From assembly GCA_965238005.1 (NCBI GenBank), contig OZ250165.1, forward strand, positions 2,560,001 through 2,624,000: 64,000 bases of DNA. The letters run 5' to 3'. Both the position numbers and the translations under genes were made by a program. This stretch comes from Longimicrobiales bacterium. GTDB taxonomy: Bacteria; Gemmatimonadota; Gemmatimonadetes; Longimicrobiales; Gaopeijiaceae. Shown one piece after another: positions 21,305-30,992 of this stretch. The notes under the pieces are model-generated. The model was not told the DNA's origin and made no database searches. It worked only from the letters and a program-made list of their open reading frames with translations. The stretch's first letter is position 1, and each line of letters begins with the position of its first letter.

Positions 21305-22106
21305 GGCCCCGGCCCCTCCGCACCTCTCCCGCAAGGGCCGAGACGCCCGCGCCCGGATCGCTCTGGCGCAGAAGCGACTCCCCGACCAACACGGCATCGA
21401 CGCCCTTGTCCCCCAGCAAGCGTACGTCTTCCCGGGTGCGGATGCCGCTTTCCGAGACCAGGACCACGTCCGGGGGAATCCGGTCCAGGAGGCCGAGCGT
21501 CACCTCCAGCCGGGTCTCGAAGGTCCTGAGATTCCGGTTGTTCACCCCGATCAGTCGAGCGCCGGCCGCCACACCTCGATCCACTTCCTCGCCGTCGTGC
21601 GCCTCGACCAGGACCGTCATTCCCAGCTCCTCAGCCAACTGGCGCAAAGAGCGCATTCGGGCGTCGTCCAGGATCCGCACGATGAGCAAAATCGCATCCG
21701 CTCCCGCGGCCCGAGCCTCGTAGATCTGGGACTCGTCGATGAGGAAGTCCTTCCGAAGCACGGGAAGGCCCACGAGTCCTCCAGCAACGCTCAGGTCCTC
21801 GAGGGAGCCTCCGAAGTAGTCCCGATCCGTCAGGACGCTGAGGGCCGCAGCTCCGCCCGCTTCGTAGGTCGAAGCCAGCTGCAGGGGGTCCAGATCGGGA
21901 CGGATGGGTCCGGCCCCAGGCGATCGCCTCTTGATCTCCGCGATCACCGCGACGGATTCGCCGCCACTCAGGGCACCGAGGAAGTCCCGGGCGGGCTCGG
22001 CGCTCTCAGCGGCCGCTCGGAGCTCCGCCACGCGATCTCTGAGCCCCTCCACCTCGTGCCGCTTGGTCTCCACGATCCGCCCGAGGATGTCCGTCGCAGG
22101 GCTCAT
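21297..22106 (-). CDS. trpC: Indole-3-glycerol phosphate synthase
   Basis: IAEIKRRSP, SVLTD, LRKDF, GVNNRNL and SESGI. Start chosen at MSPATDIL. Confidence 0.96.
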   Translation of the reverse strand: MSPATDILGRIVETKRHEVEGLRDRVAELRAAAESAEPARDFLGALSGGESVAVIAEIKRRSPGAGPIRPDLDPLQLASTYEAGGAAALSVLTDRDYFGGSLEDLSVAGGLVGLPVLRKDFLIDESQIYEARAAGADAILLIVRILDDARMRSLRQLAEELGMTVLVEAHDGEEVDRGVAAGARLIGVNNRNLRTFETRLEVTLGLLDRIPPDVVLVSESGIRTREDVRLLGDKGVDAVLVGESLLRQSDPGAGVSALAGEVRRGRGHG

Positions 22107-22156
22107 CGTCGTGCCCACGGGCGCACCACACCCCATGATCCCTGAACAACCTTGCG

Positions 22157-22200
22157 TTTCGGGCAACGTTCGGGTATCGTGTGTTCGGGTCCTATTCGGG
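22157..22200 (+). promoter_or_regulatory. Two tandem GTTC-N7-GTTC-like direct repeats, candidate LexA operators
   Basis: TTTC-gggcaac-GTTC (22157-22171) and GTTC-gggtcct-ATTC (22183-22197); TTCGGG occurs four times with spacings 11/15/11, directly upstream of lexA. Confidence 0.65.
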
Positions 22201-22225
22201 TTCCATCGATACGGAGGCGGACACG

Positions 22226-22834
22226 ATGCCCCTGACGAAGCGACAAAAGGAGATCCTCGTTCATATTGAGAGTTTCATCGACGAGCACGGATACGCCCCC
22301 AGCTTCGAGGAGATCGCCGCCGCCTTCGGGTACTCCTCCCTCGCCACGGTGCATGAGCACCTCAGCAATCTGGAGCGCAAGGGCTACATCCGGAAGGCCT
22401 ACAACGAGAGCCGGTCCATCGAGCTGGTGGGGCACGCGTCCTTGTCCGGCTCGGTGGAACTACCTCTCTTCGGAGCGGTGGCGGCCGGGCTTCCCATCGA
22501 GGCCATCGAGCAACAAGAGACCTTGGCCGTCCCGCCGGACATGGTGCGGGCCGGCAGTGAGAACTTCGTGCTCCGGGTCGAAGGCGAATCCATGATCGAT
22601 GAGCAGATCCGTGACGGCGACTACATCGTCGTCAACTCGCAGGACACGGCCGACGACGGGCAGATGGTCGTGGCGCTCGTGGGCGGTGACTCGGCGACAG
22701 TCAAGAAGCTCTATCGCGAGAGCGACGGCCGCATTCGGCTGCAGCCGGCCAACCCTACCATGCCACCCATCTTGGAGCATCCCGACAACGTCCAGATTCA
22801 GGGCGTCGTCGTGGGCGTCATCCGCAAGTACTAG
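22226..22834 (+). CDS. lexA: SOS repressor LexA
   Basis: LTKRQKEIL, GYAPSFEEIA, VHEHL..LERKGYI, VAAG cleavage site, GESM and ATVKK; GGAGG RBS upstream. Confidence 0.98.
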   Translation: MPLTKRQKEILVHIESFIDEHGYAPSFEEIAAAFGYSSLATVHEHLSNLERKGYIRKAYNESRSIELVGHASLSGSVELPLFGAVAAGLPIEAIEQQETLAVPPDMVRAGSENFVLRVEGESMIDEQIRDGDYIVVNSQDTADDGQMVVALVGGDSATVKKLYRESDGRIRLQPANPTMPPILEHPDNVQIQGVVVGVIRKY

Positions 22835-22858
22835 TGTTCTTTGGTAACGGGACCCTAG

Positions 22859-24460
22859 GAGTCTGCGCCGCAGAAGCACAGCTGACTGAGCCGAATGGTC
22901 ATCGAGCCGTCCGCGGCGAGGCGGATCCGGGTGATTGGGAGGTTGAGGACTTGTGTCTGCGACGGATCGGGAGAGCGGAATGGATGCGTTGGGGGGGGCA
23001 AGAGAGCTACGAGAGCCCTCGCGCCGGCAGATGCGGGTGAACCCTCGTGCAGTCATGCCGCCTGAAGGGTGTGCAGCCGCTTCACATTGAGTGCCAGGCA
23101 CACGAGGGTCCACTCGGCCCGGACCTTCTCGAGGCCCCGGAAGCTGAATCGTCGAAAGCCCATCACTTCCTTGATCCAGCCGATGGGCGCCTCGGCCTGC
23201 GACTTTCGCCGTGCGTAGCGTCTGCGGCCATCTTCGCTCGCCAGCTTCTCCGCCATGCGGACTTTCGCCGGATATTCCTCCTTGTCAACCGTGGGGGCGG
23301 CCTTGCCCTCCCGGGCCAGCGCCACATACCCGTCGATGTCTCGCTCTTCCAGTTCCTCGAGATCCCGCTCGTTGCAATAGCCCGTGTCCGCCAGCACCTG
23401 CGCCGGCGTCTCGCCGTACGCTTGCGCCACCGCGTCGACCATGGGCACCAGCTGGCCCTGGTCGCTCGCGTTGTCCGTCACCTCGGCCCCGACCACCAGC
23501 TGGTTCTCCCCCTCCACGACCGTCTGTGCGTTGTAGCACTGCTGGAACCCCTCCGAACTCGTCTTCATGATCCGGCTCTCAGGGTCCGTGAAGTTGCTCT
23601 GCGCCGCCTCGTCCGGCTCTCCGTACTCCCGCTTGTAGGGCCTGCCGCCCTTCGGGTTGCGCGTCTGCCCCGGCTTGCGGCCCCGTGCGTCGTCCGCCGC
23701 TCTCTGCTCGGCTTCCAGGCGCGCCTTCGCCTCCCGGATCGCCGCCAGCCGGTCCTCGCGCCGCTTGAGCTCCTCCGGCACCTCGTCTCCGCATGCTTCC
23801 TCGCCGTAGCGCTCGTCTTCCGCTTCGTCCACCGCCTCGGCCCTCTCCAACAGCCCCCGGATCTCCGCCTCCAGCCGAGGCTCCCCGGTCACCATCCGGC
23901 CGTAGCTCATCGCCTTGCGCTTGTTCGCGTTCGCCCGAACCTTCGTCCCGTCCACCGACACCCTGCCAAGCCCCGCCAGCCCCAAGGCCCGCGCGAGCAT
24001 CACCACCTCCACAAACACCGCCCGGAAATCCCCGAGATGGCGCTTGCGGAACTCGCACAGCGTCCGGTGCTTCGGGAAGTTCTCCGCCGCCAGCATCCGA
24101 AACGCGACATCCTCCTCCAGCTTCCTCGCCATCTTCCGCGACGAGAAGGTGCCCGTCGCATACGCGTAGATCAGCACCTTGACCATCATCCGAGGGTCGT
24201 ACGGCGAGTTGCGCCGCCCGTCCCCCCGGTACCGCCCGTAGAACGCGCTCAGCTCCACCGCGTCCACCAGGTCGCTCACATGGTGCGCCAAATGACCCTC
24301 CGACACCCACTCCCGAAGATCCGGAGGCAGCAACAACATCTGCTCCGGATCGTACGGTCGAAATGTCGTTCCCATTCACCCCCCTCGGTGATCCGCAAGC
24401 CTTCCCAATGCCTTCGCTACCACCAAAGATAGCCGCCGCAGGGTTCTGCGGCGCAGACTC
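22859..24460 (-). mobile_element. IS1182-family insertion sequence, 1602 bp
   Basis: Perfect 17 bp IR GAGTCTGCGCCGCAGAA (22859-22875 / 24444-24460); CTAG duplicated at 22855-22858 and 24461-24464. Confidence 0.93.
23053..24375 (-). CDS. IS1182-family transposase
   Basis: LLPPDLREW, YDPRMM.KVL.YAY..G.FSSR, VDGTK..ANA, TDPESRIM, YNAQ, LADTGY and FRRFSFRG. Confidence 0.93.
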   Translation of the reverse strand: MGTTFRPYDPEQMLLLPPDLREWVSEGHLAHHVSDLVDAVELSAFYGRYRGDGRRNSPYDPRMMVKVLIYAYATGTFSSRKMARKLEEDVAFRMLAAENFPKHRTLCEFRKRHLGDFRAVFVEVVMLARALGLAGLGRVSVDGTKVRANANKRKAMSYGRMVTGEPRLEAEIRGLLERAEAVDEAEDERYGEEACGDEVPEELKRREDRLAAIREAKARLEAEQRAADDARGRKPGQTRNPKGGRPYKREYGEPDEAAQSNFTDPESRIMKTSSEGFQQCYNAQTVVEGENQLVVGAEVTDNASDQGQLVPMVDAVAQAYGETPAQVLADTGYCNERDLEELEERDIDGYVALAREGKAAPTVDKEEYPAKVRMAEKLASEDGRRRYARRKSQAEAPIGWIKEVMGFRRFSFRGLEKVRAEWTLVCLALNVKRLHTLQAA

Positions 24461-25516
24461 CTAGGGCGCACGCGTAGCCGCTCGTAGCAAGTCCAGGGCT
24501 TCCAGAGCCCTGCCGTTGTCGAGGGCCTCCGTGGCCGCGTCGATGCTCTCCTCCAGCGTGTCGGCAGCACCCGACACGTAAATAGCCGCCCCCGCGTTCA
24601 GCAGCACGGCCGACCTGGCGCCTCCCTGCTCGTCTCCCTGAAGCACCGCCATTATGACCTGGGCGTTCTCCTCGGGCTCGCCTCCCGCCAACTCTTCGGC
24701 CGAGCAGAGCTCCATGCCGAAGTCCTCGGGTCTCACCGTACGCTCGCTCACCGACCCGTCCACCAGCTCGGCCACCCGCGTTGGGCCCATGGGACTGAGC
24801 TCGTCCAGCCCGGGCTCTCCGTGCACCACCAGCGCGCGGGTATGGCCCAGCTCCCGGAGCGACTCTACCACGAGCGTTACCAGGGACGGATCCGCCACGC
24901 CCACCAGCTGTCTGCCGACCCGGGCGGGGTTCGTGAGGGGTCCCAGGATGTTCATCACGGTGGGAAAGCCGAGCTCCCTGCGGACCGGCCCCACGTGCCG
25001 CATGGCCGGGTGGAGGAGAGGGGCGAACATGAAGACCAGCCCGACCTCCTTCAGGACCAGGGCCATTTCTTCGGGGGTCAGCTCGATGCGTACCCCTAAC
25101 GCCTCGAGAACGTCGGCACTTCCGCTCCGGGACGTGAAGGAGCGATTCCCGTGCTTCGCGACGCGAGCCCCTGCCCCGCAGGCCACGAGAGCGGCGGCTG
25201 TGGAGATGTTGAAGGTGGTGACGGCCCCACCCCCCGTTCCGCAAGTGTCTATGAGCTGGTCCGTCGCTTCCGAGGCCACCTCAACCATGGCCTTGCGGAG
25301 GGCTCGCACGCCACCTGCCACCTCCACCGGGATCACGCCCTTCACTCGAAGCGCGGTGAGAATCGAGGACATCTGCACCGCAGAGGCGCTTCCCTCCATG
25401 AAGACGTCGAACGAGAACTCGGCCTCGGCGGCGGTGAGGTGCTCCCCTCCGGCGAGCTTGTAAAGGACGTCTCGGAGGTCTGAAGGCGGTGACGATCGAG
25501 GGGAGCTCTGGCTCAT
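24461..25516 (-). CDS. trpD: Anthranilate phosphoribosyltransferase
   Basis: DTCGTGG, FNIST, KHGNRS..S.SGSAD, NILGPLTNP and GLDE. The stop codon lies in the IS target duplication. Confidence 0.97.
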   Translation of the reverse strand: MSQSSPRSSPPSDLRDVLYKLAGGEHLTAAEAEFSFDVFMEGSASAVQMSSILTALRVKGVIPVEVAGGVRALRKAMVEVASEATDQLIDTCGTGGGAVTTFNISTAAALVACGAGARVAKHGNRSFTSRSGSADVLEALGVRIELTPEEMALVLKEVGLVFMFAPLLHPAMRHVGPVRRELGFPTVMNILGPLTNPARVGRQLVGVADPSLVTLVVESLRELGHTRALVVHGEPGLDELSPMGPTRVAELVDGSVSERTVRPEDFGMELCSAEELAGGEPEENAQVIMAVLQGDEQGGARSAVLLNAGAAIYVSGAADTLEESIDAATEALDNGRALEALDLLRAATRAP

Positions 25517-25606
25517 TCGAGATGGCGTTCCGTGGACGAAATCCCGTGCCGGAGGGCACGATTTCCCCGGCAGAATACAGCTACAATTCAACCTTCCGGG
25601 CATCGC

Positions 25607-25634
25607 TTGACAACAGTTGCGGCCTTTCTACCTT
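25607..25634 (+). promoter_or_regulatory. Candidate sigma70 promoter for the truA-pur run
   Basis: TTGACA-16 bp-TACCTT, 6 nt before an in-frame GTG at 25641. Confidence 0.55.
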
Positions 25635-25640
25635 CCGGGC

Positions 25641-26462
25641 GTGGAATCCGTGAGGGTGAATCGCCTCAAGCTGATCCTGCAATATGACGGCTCAGCCTTC
25701 TTCGGCTGGCAGATACAGCGTGAGGAGCGAACCGTTCAAGGGGAGCTCGAAGCGGCTCTGAAGCGTCTTACAGGTGCCCGGCGCCCGGTGGAGGGATCGG
25801 GCAGAACGGATCGGGGAGTCCACGCGACCGGTCAAGTGGCAGCCGTGTCCCTCCCCGAGCCCTGGGGACCGTCCAAGCTCAAGAAAGCGCTGAACGCGGT
25901 GCTGCCCAACGACATCCGGATCGACACCGTCGAGCCGGCGGCCCCCGATTTCAGCCCGCGCTACGATGCCGTCGCCCGCACGTATCTCTATCGCCTCGGC
26001 GTCTCGGAGGAGAGCCGGTCTCCGTTCCACCGTCCGTGGTGCTGGGCCCTGGCGACCGACGTGGACGCCATCCTTTTGAGTGAGGCCGCCGACCTCCTTC
26101 CCGGAGAGCACTCGTTCAGGGCCTTCGCCAAGTCCGGGCAACCCGAGCGTGGTGAGCTCTGCACGGTCCGGGAGTCACAGTGGGAGCCCTGGGAGGATCT
26201 CGGGTTCTCGTTTCGGATAACCGCCAACCGCTATCTTCACCGTATGGTCCGCTACCTCGTCGGGACGATGGTGGACATCGCGCGCGGACGGCGCCCGCCG
26301 GACGACCTGGGCCGTCTGCTGGCCAATTCGGACGACGACCTGGCGACGTCTCCGCCGGCGCCTCCCGAAGGCCTTTTTCTACATCATGTGGCGTATCCGG
26401 ATGTGGCGTATCCGGCGGAGCCCGCTGCTACGACCGGGGACGCCACCACGACAACGCCCTAA
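25641..26462 (+). CDS. truA: tRNA pseudouridine(38-40) synthase
   Basis: [25 protein letters not shown] and APPEGLFL. Start is 25641 or 25656. Confidence 0.96.
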   Translation: MESVRVNRLKLILQYDGSAFFGWQIQREERTVQGELEAALKRLTGARRPVEGSGRTDRGVHATGQVAAVSLPEPWGPSKLKKALNAVLPNDIRIDTVEPAAPDFSPRYDAVARTYLYRLGVSEESRSPFHRPWCWALATDVDAILLSEAADLLPGEHSFRAFAKSGQPERGELCTVRESQWEPWEDLGFSFRITANRYLHRMVRYLVGTMVDIARGRRPPDDLGRLLANSDDDLATSPPAPPEGLFLHHVAYPDVAYPAEPAATTGDATTTTP

Positions 26463-26473
26463 CCGACCAGAAC

Positions 26474-27130
26474 ATGAGAATCTTTCTCGATACCGCCGAC
26501 CCCGAAGAGATCCGCCGAGCCAACGCCGCAGGCCTCATCGACGGCGTGACCACCAACCCGTCCCTTATGGCCAAGGTAGGAGGAGACCGCGAGCCGGCGG
26601 ATCTCTTCCTGGAGATCTGTCAGACCGTGGACGGGCCGGTGAGCGCCGAGGTCGTGGCGCTGGACGCCGAGGGCATGGTGGATCAGGGCACACGTCTCGC
26701 CAAGATCCACGACAACATCGTCGTCAAGGTCCCTCTCACGGAGGCGGGGCTCGTCGCGTGCCGTACGCTCAAGAGTGAAGACATCGGAGTGAACGTGACG
26801 CTCTGCTTCTCGCCGACCCAGGCGCTGCTGGCGGCGAAGGCGGGAGCCACGTTCATCTCTCCCTTCGTCGGCCGCGTCGATGACATCGCGGGCGACGGGA
26901 TGGAGCTCCTGGGGCAGATCCGCCAGATCTACGACAACTACGAGATCGAGACTCAGATCCTGGCCGCGTCCATCCGGCATCCCCAGCACATGGTGCAAGC
27001 CCTGATGATCGGCGCCGACTGCGCCACGTTGCCAGCGAAGGTGCTGTATCAACTGTTGAAGCATCCGTTGACCGACCGCGGCCTGGACGCGTTCCTGGCG
27101 GACTGGAAGAAGTTGGGAAGGGATCTCTAG
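26474..27130 (+). CDS. fsa: Transaldolase / fructose-6-phosphate aldolase (short type)
   Basis: [32 protein letters not shown] and AASIRHP. Confidence 0.92.
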   Translation: MRIFLDTADPEEIRRANAAGLIDGVTTNPSLMAKVGGDREPADLFLEICQTVDGPVSAEVVALDAEGMVDQGTRLAKIHDNIVVKVPLTEAGLVACRTLKSEDIGVNVTLCFSPTQALLAAKAGATFISPFVGRVDDIAGDGMELLGQIRQIYDNYEIETQILAASIRHPQHMVQALMIGADCATLPAKVLYQLLKHPLTDRGLDAFLADWKKLGRDL

Positions 27131-28599
27131 TGAGGTGCCCGTCAGCCCTCGCAACAGTGGCCTCCGCCCTCGTGGCGCTGTCCACGACGGCCTGTAGCGC
27201 GGAGGAAACTCCCAACTCCACCGTCGTTGCGGAGGCGGCATCGGCAGCCGCTCTGCGGGTGCCAGCCACCTCAGCGCCTATCGCTTCGTCCCCGCAGCTG
27301 CCGGCCGCCGAGCGCTCCGGACAGCTGGACGAATCGCGGAGCACGGCCATCGTCGAAGCCGCCACCGAGGTGGCGCCGGCCGTGGTGAGCGTGAATGTCC
27401 TCCGGACCGAGCAGGTACGCACCCGCTCGTTCTTCGACCCGTTTTCCATGCCCCGCGCGCGCCGCAGCCGTGGCTTGGGATCGGGCTTCATAATCAGTGA
27501 CGACGGCGTGATCCTCACCAACGATCACGTGATTCAGGGCGCGGAGCGCATCATGGTCACCCTCCCCGACGGCCGCGACTTCGAGGCCGAGCTGGTGGGG
27601 ACGGATCAGCTCACCGACGTGGCCGTTCTCCGGATCCGGGGCGACCGGCTCCCGGTGGCCCGCCTGGGCACGTCGGAGGGGCTGCTCATCGGCGAGTGGG
27701 CCCTGGCCATCGGGAACCCCTTCGGGAATCTCTTCTCCAACTCGGTGCCCAGCGTCACGGCCGGAGTCATCAGCGCCACCGGAAGGCACATCATCCCGGA
27801 TTCCGACGACCGCGTCGTCTATCTGGGGATGATCCAAACCGACGCCTCCATAAATCCCGGAAATTCGGGCGGACCACTGGTCAACTCCGCCGGTGAGGTC
27901 ATCGGTGTCAACAGCTCCATCTTCTCCCGGAGTGGGGGAAGCGAGGGTCTAGGTTTCGCCATTCCCATCGATCGGGCCATCCGCGTGGCCGACGACCTCA
28001 TACGCACAGGTGAGCCGACACGGGCGTGGCTCGGCTTCGAGGTGGACGCCGGCGCCGAGGACATCTGGGGCCGGACGCAAGGGATCGTGGTGGCCAGCGT
28101 GTCACCCGACTCACCGGCCGCACGCGCCAGCATCTCGGGGGGCGACCGCATCGTCTCCGTGGACGGGCAGCCGCTCCATACGCCTCTGGACTTCGAATCC
28201 GTGCTCCTGGACCTCAGGGCCGGAGAGTCCATCGAGCTGGGTGTCGAGGGGCGAGCAAGCGCGGTGACCCTGGTATCTGAGGAGGTTCCCTCGGTCTCGG
28301 CGGACCGGGTCACCGCCCTGGAGCAGATGCAGCTCGTCACCGTGACCCCGCAGATCCGCGCCGAGAGGAACCTCAGATACGAGAGCGGAGCGCTCATCCT
28401 GTCCATCGAGCCACAGCTGGAGAGTCGCATCGGCTTCCGGGCGGGCGACGTGATCCTCCAGATCAACCGCGAGGGCGTCACCTCTGCCGAGCAGGCCGCG
28501 AGCATATTCCGGCGGGCATCGGGCAACATGCCCGTATACATCGAGCGCAACGGCGGAGTCATCGTGAGGCAGCTCTCCTTCCGGCGGTCCCGTGGCTGA
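27130..28599 (+). CDS. HtrA/DegP serine protease with PDZ domains, probable lipoprotein
   Basis: GSGFII, TNDHV, DVAVL and DASINPGNSGGPL; two PDZ-like regions; TTAC lipobox-like signal. Confidence 0.92.
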   Translation: MRCPSALATVASALVALSTTACSAEETPNSTVVAEAASAAALRVPATSAPIASSPQLPAAERSGQLDESRSTAIVEAATEVAPAVVSVNVLRTEQVRTRSFFDPFSMPRARRSRGLGSGFIISDDGVILTNDHVIQGAERIMVTLPDGRDFEAELVGTDQLTDVAVLRIRGDRLPVARLGTSEGLLIGEWALAIGNPFGNLFSNSVPSVTAGVISATGRHIIPDSDDRVVYLGMIQTDASINPGNSGGPLVNSAGEVIGVNSSIFSRSGGSEGLGFAIPIDRAIRVADDLIRTGEPTRAWLGFEVDAGAEDIWGRTQGIVVASVSPDSPAARASISGGDRIVSVDGQPLHTPLDFESVLLDLRAGESIELGVEGRASAVTLVSEEVPSVSADRVTALEQMQLVTVTPQIRAERNLRYESGALILSIEPQLESRIGFRAGDVILQINREGVTSAEQAASIFRRASGNMPVYIERNGGVIVRQLSFRRSRG

Positions 28600-30043
28600 T
28601 TCCTCAGCCGATCGCTATAGCCATCCGCTCGGAGAGCGCTACGCTTCCCGCGAGATGCAGGCCATCTTCACTCCGGCCAAACGCTACGGAACCTGGCGGC
28701 GCCTGTGGCTGGCCCTGGCAAAGGCGCAACAGGAGCTCGGCCTCTCCGTCACGTCGGAGGCCCTGGACCAGATGCAGCAAGGGCTCGACGACCTGGATCT
28801 CGAGAAGGCCGCGGAGTACGAGCGCCGCTTCCGCCACGACGTCATGGCGCACGTGCACCTCTTCGGCGACGTGGCGCCCGCGGCAAAGGGCGTCATTCAC
28901 CTCGGGGCCACCAGCGCCTTCGTCGGAGACAACACGGACCTGATCCTCCACCGGGAGGCCCTCACCCTGATCCGGGACCGGCTGGTGCGCTGCGTGGCGC
29001 GTCTCGCCGACTTCGCTGCCACGCACAAGGATCTGCCCACGCTGGGCTACACCCACTTCCAACCTGCCCAGCCGACCACGGTGGGCAAGCGGGCCACCCT
29101 CTGGCTACAGGATTTCATCCTCGACATCGAAGAGGTGGAGTTCCGCTTGAAGACCCTGCGCTTCCGGGGGGTGAAGGGCACCACCGGGACCCAGGCGTCC
29201 TTCCTGGAGCTCTTCGCGGGAGACACCTCAAAGGTCGACGCGCTCGACCATGCCATTGCCCACCGAATGGGCTTCGCGGAGCGCTTCGGCGTGACGGGTC
29301 AAACCTACCCCCGAAAAGTCGATGCTCAGATCCTGGGCTCCCTGGCCAACGTGGCGGCCTCCGCGTCCAAGATGGGGCACGACCTGCGGCTCCTGGCCAA
29401 CCTCCGAGAGGTGGAGGAGCCCTGCGAGGAGGAGCAGATCGGCTCGTCGGCCATGCCGTACAAGCGGAACCCCATGCGGGCCGAGCGCATCTGCGCCATG
29501 GCGCGCCACGTCATCGTCTTGGCCCAGGATCCGCAGTTCACGGCGGCGACCCAGTGGCTGGAGCGCACGCTGGACGACTCGGCCAACCGGCGGCTCTCGA
29601 TCCCGGACTCGTTCCTCGCGCTGGACGGCATTCTGGTGCTGGTGGAGAACGTCTCGTCGGGACTCGTCGTGAACTCCGGGGTGATCCGTCGCAACCTGGA
29701 GGAGCATCTCCCCTTCATGGCGACCGAGGCCATCCTCATGCACGCTTCGGCCGCGGGAGGAGACCGCCAGGTGCTCCATGAGAGTATCCGACGGCACTCC
29801 CTCGAGGCCGCCCGTCGCATGAAAGAGGAGGGCGCGGAGGCCGATCTGTTGGAGCGTATCGCGGGTGACGACGCGTTCGGGATGACCTTGTCCGATCTCC
29901 GAGAGATCTCCGAGCCCGCCCGCTTCGTGGGGCGGGCTCCAGAGCAGGTGGACCGCTTCTTGGCCGAGTGGGTACAGCCGGCCTTGGAACGCCTTGAAGC
30001 CGGCGCCAACGAGCGCCTGGGAGAACCCGATGTCCGGGTCTGA
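28592..30043 (+). CDS. purB: Adenylosuccinate lyase
   Basis: RHDVMAH, HLGATS, THFQPAQ and SSAMPYKRNPMRAE. Confidence 0.97.
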   Translation: MADSSADRYSHPLGERYASREMQAIFTPAKRYGTWRRLWLALAKAQQELGLSVTSEALDQMQQGLDDLDLEKAAEYERRFRHDVMAHVHLFGDVAPAAKGVIHLGATSAFVGDNTDLILHREALTLIRDRLVRCVARLADFAATHKDLPTLGYTHFQPAQPTTVGKRATLWLQDFILDIEEVEFRLKTLRFRGVKGTTGTQASFLELFAGDTSKVDALDHAIAHRMGFAERFGVTGQTYPRKVDAQILGSLANVAASASKMGHDLRLLANLREVEEPCEEEQIGSSAMPYKRNPMRAERICAMARHVIVLAQDPQFTAATQWLERTLDDSANRRLSIPDSFLALDGILVLVENVSSGLVVNSGVIRRNLEEHLPFMATEAILMHASAAGGDRQVLHESIRRHSLEAARRMKEEGAEADLLERIAGDDAFGMTLSDLREISEPARFVGRAPEQVDRFLAEWVQPALERLEAGANERLGEPDVRV

Positions 30044-30047
30044 CGCC

Positions 30048-30968
30048 ATGGCTGTGGCAGAGTCACAGCTACGCCTGCCCCTCGTCCACCAGGGCAAGGT
30101 CCGCGACGTATACGACGCCGGACACGACCTCCTCTTGATGGTGGCGAGCGATCGCGTGAGCGCCTTCGACGTGATCCTCCCCCAGCCGATTCCCCGCAAG
30201 GGAGAGGTGCTCACGCAGCTCACGGCCTGGTGGCTGGACTCCCTCCGTGACCAGATCGACCACCATCTCATCAGCCTCGACCCCGACGAGATCGTGGACC
30301 GGGTCCCAGCCCTCGGCGACTCGAGAGAGGCGTGGGCCGCTCGCAGCATGTTGGTGCACCGAACCGAGCCCGTCCTGGTGGAGTGCGTGGTGCGGGGCTA
30401 CATCTCGGGCTCGGCGTGGAAGGAGTACCGTACATCCGGTACCCTGGCCGGGGAGCCGCTTCCTGAGGGCCTGGTGGAGAGCGGCCGCCTGGAGCAGCCA
30501 ATCTTCTCGCCGGCGACGAAGGCACAGACCGGCCACGACGAGAACATCCCCTTCTCGGGTGTGGTCGAGCGGCTGGGAGACGAGGTCGCAAACCGGCTGC
30601 GGGAGCTGTCCTTCGCGATCTACGGGCACGGCGTGACGTTGGCCGAGGAGAGGGGGATCATCCTGGCGGACACCAAGTTCGAGTTCGGGTATCATCGGGA
30701 CGGCCGGCTCCTCCTCATCGACGAGGTGCTCACGCCGGACTCCTCCCGCTTCTGGCCGGCGGACCGCTACCTGCCGGGGCAGAGCCAGCGATCCCTGGAC
30801 AAGCAGCCCGTACGCGACTTTCTGGACGGACTCGACTGGGACAAGTCGCCACCGCCGCCCGACTTGCCGGATCACGTCGTCGATGCCACTTCAACGAGGT
30901 ACTTGGAGATTTTCCGGTGTCTGACCGGAACAGAGCTCAATGCCTTCGAGCCCCCTCGCTTCGGCTGA
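30048..30968 (+). CDS. purC: SAICAR synthetase
   Basis: GKVRDVY, SDRVSAFD, ECVVRGY, ADTKFEFG, DEVLTPDSSRFW and DKQ. Confidence 0.97.
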   Translation: MAVAESQLRLPLVHQGKVRDVYDAGHDLLLMVASDRVSAFDVILPQPIPRKGEVLTQLTAWWLDSLRDQIDHHLISLDPDEIVDRVPALGDSREAWAARSMLVHRTEPVLVECVVRGYISGSAWKEYRTSGTLAGEPLPEGLVESGRLEQPIFSPATKAQTGHDENIPFSGVVERLGDEVANRLRELSFAIYGHGVTLAEERGIILADTKFEFGYHRDGRLLLIDEVLTPDSSRFWPADRYLPGQSQRSLDKQPVRDFLDGLDWDKSPPPPDLPDHVVDATSTRYLEIFRCLTGTELNAFEPPRFG

Positions 30969-30992
30969 CTGCCGGAGGACCGAAAGGACCCC

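Noticed and set aside
22107..22225. trp attenuator or leader peptide upstream of trpC (also checked upstream of trpD)
   Set aside because: No short Trp-codon ORF or terminator/antiterminator was seen.
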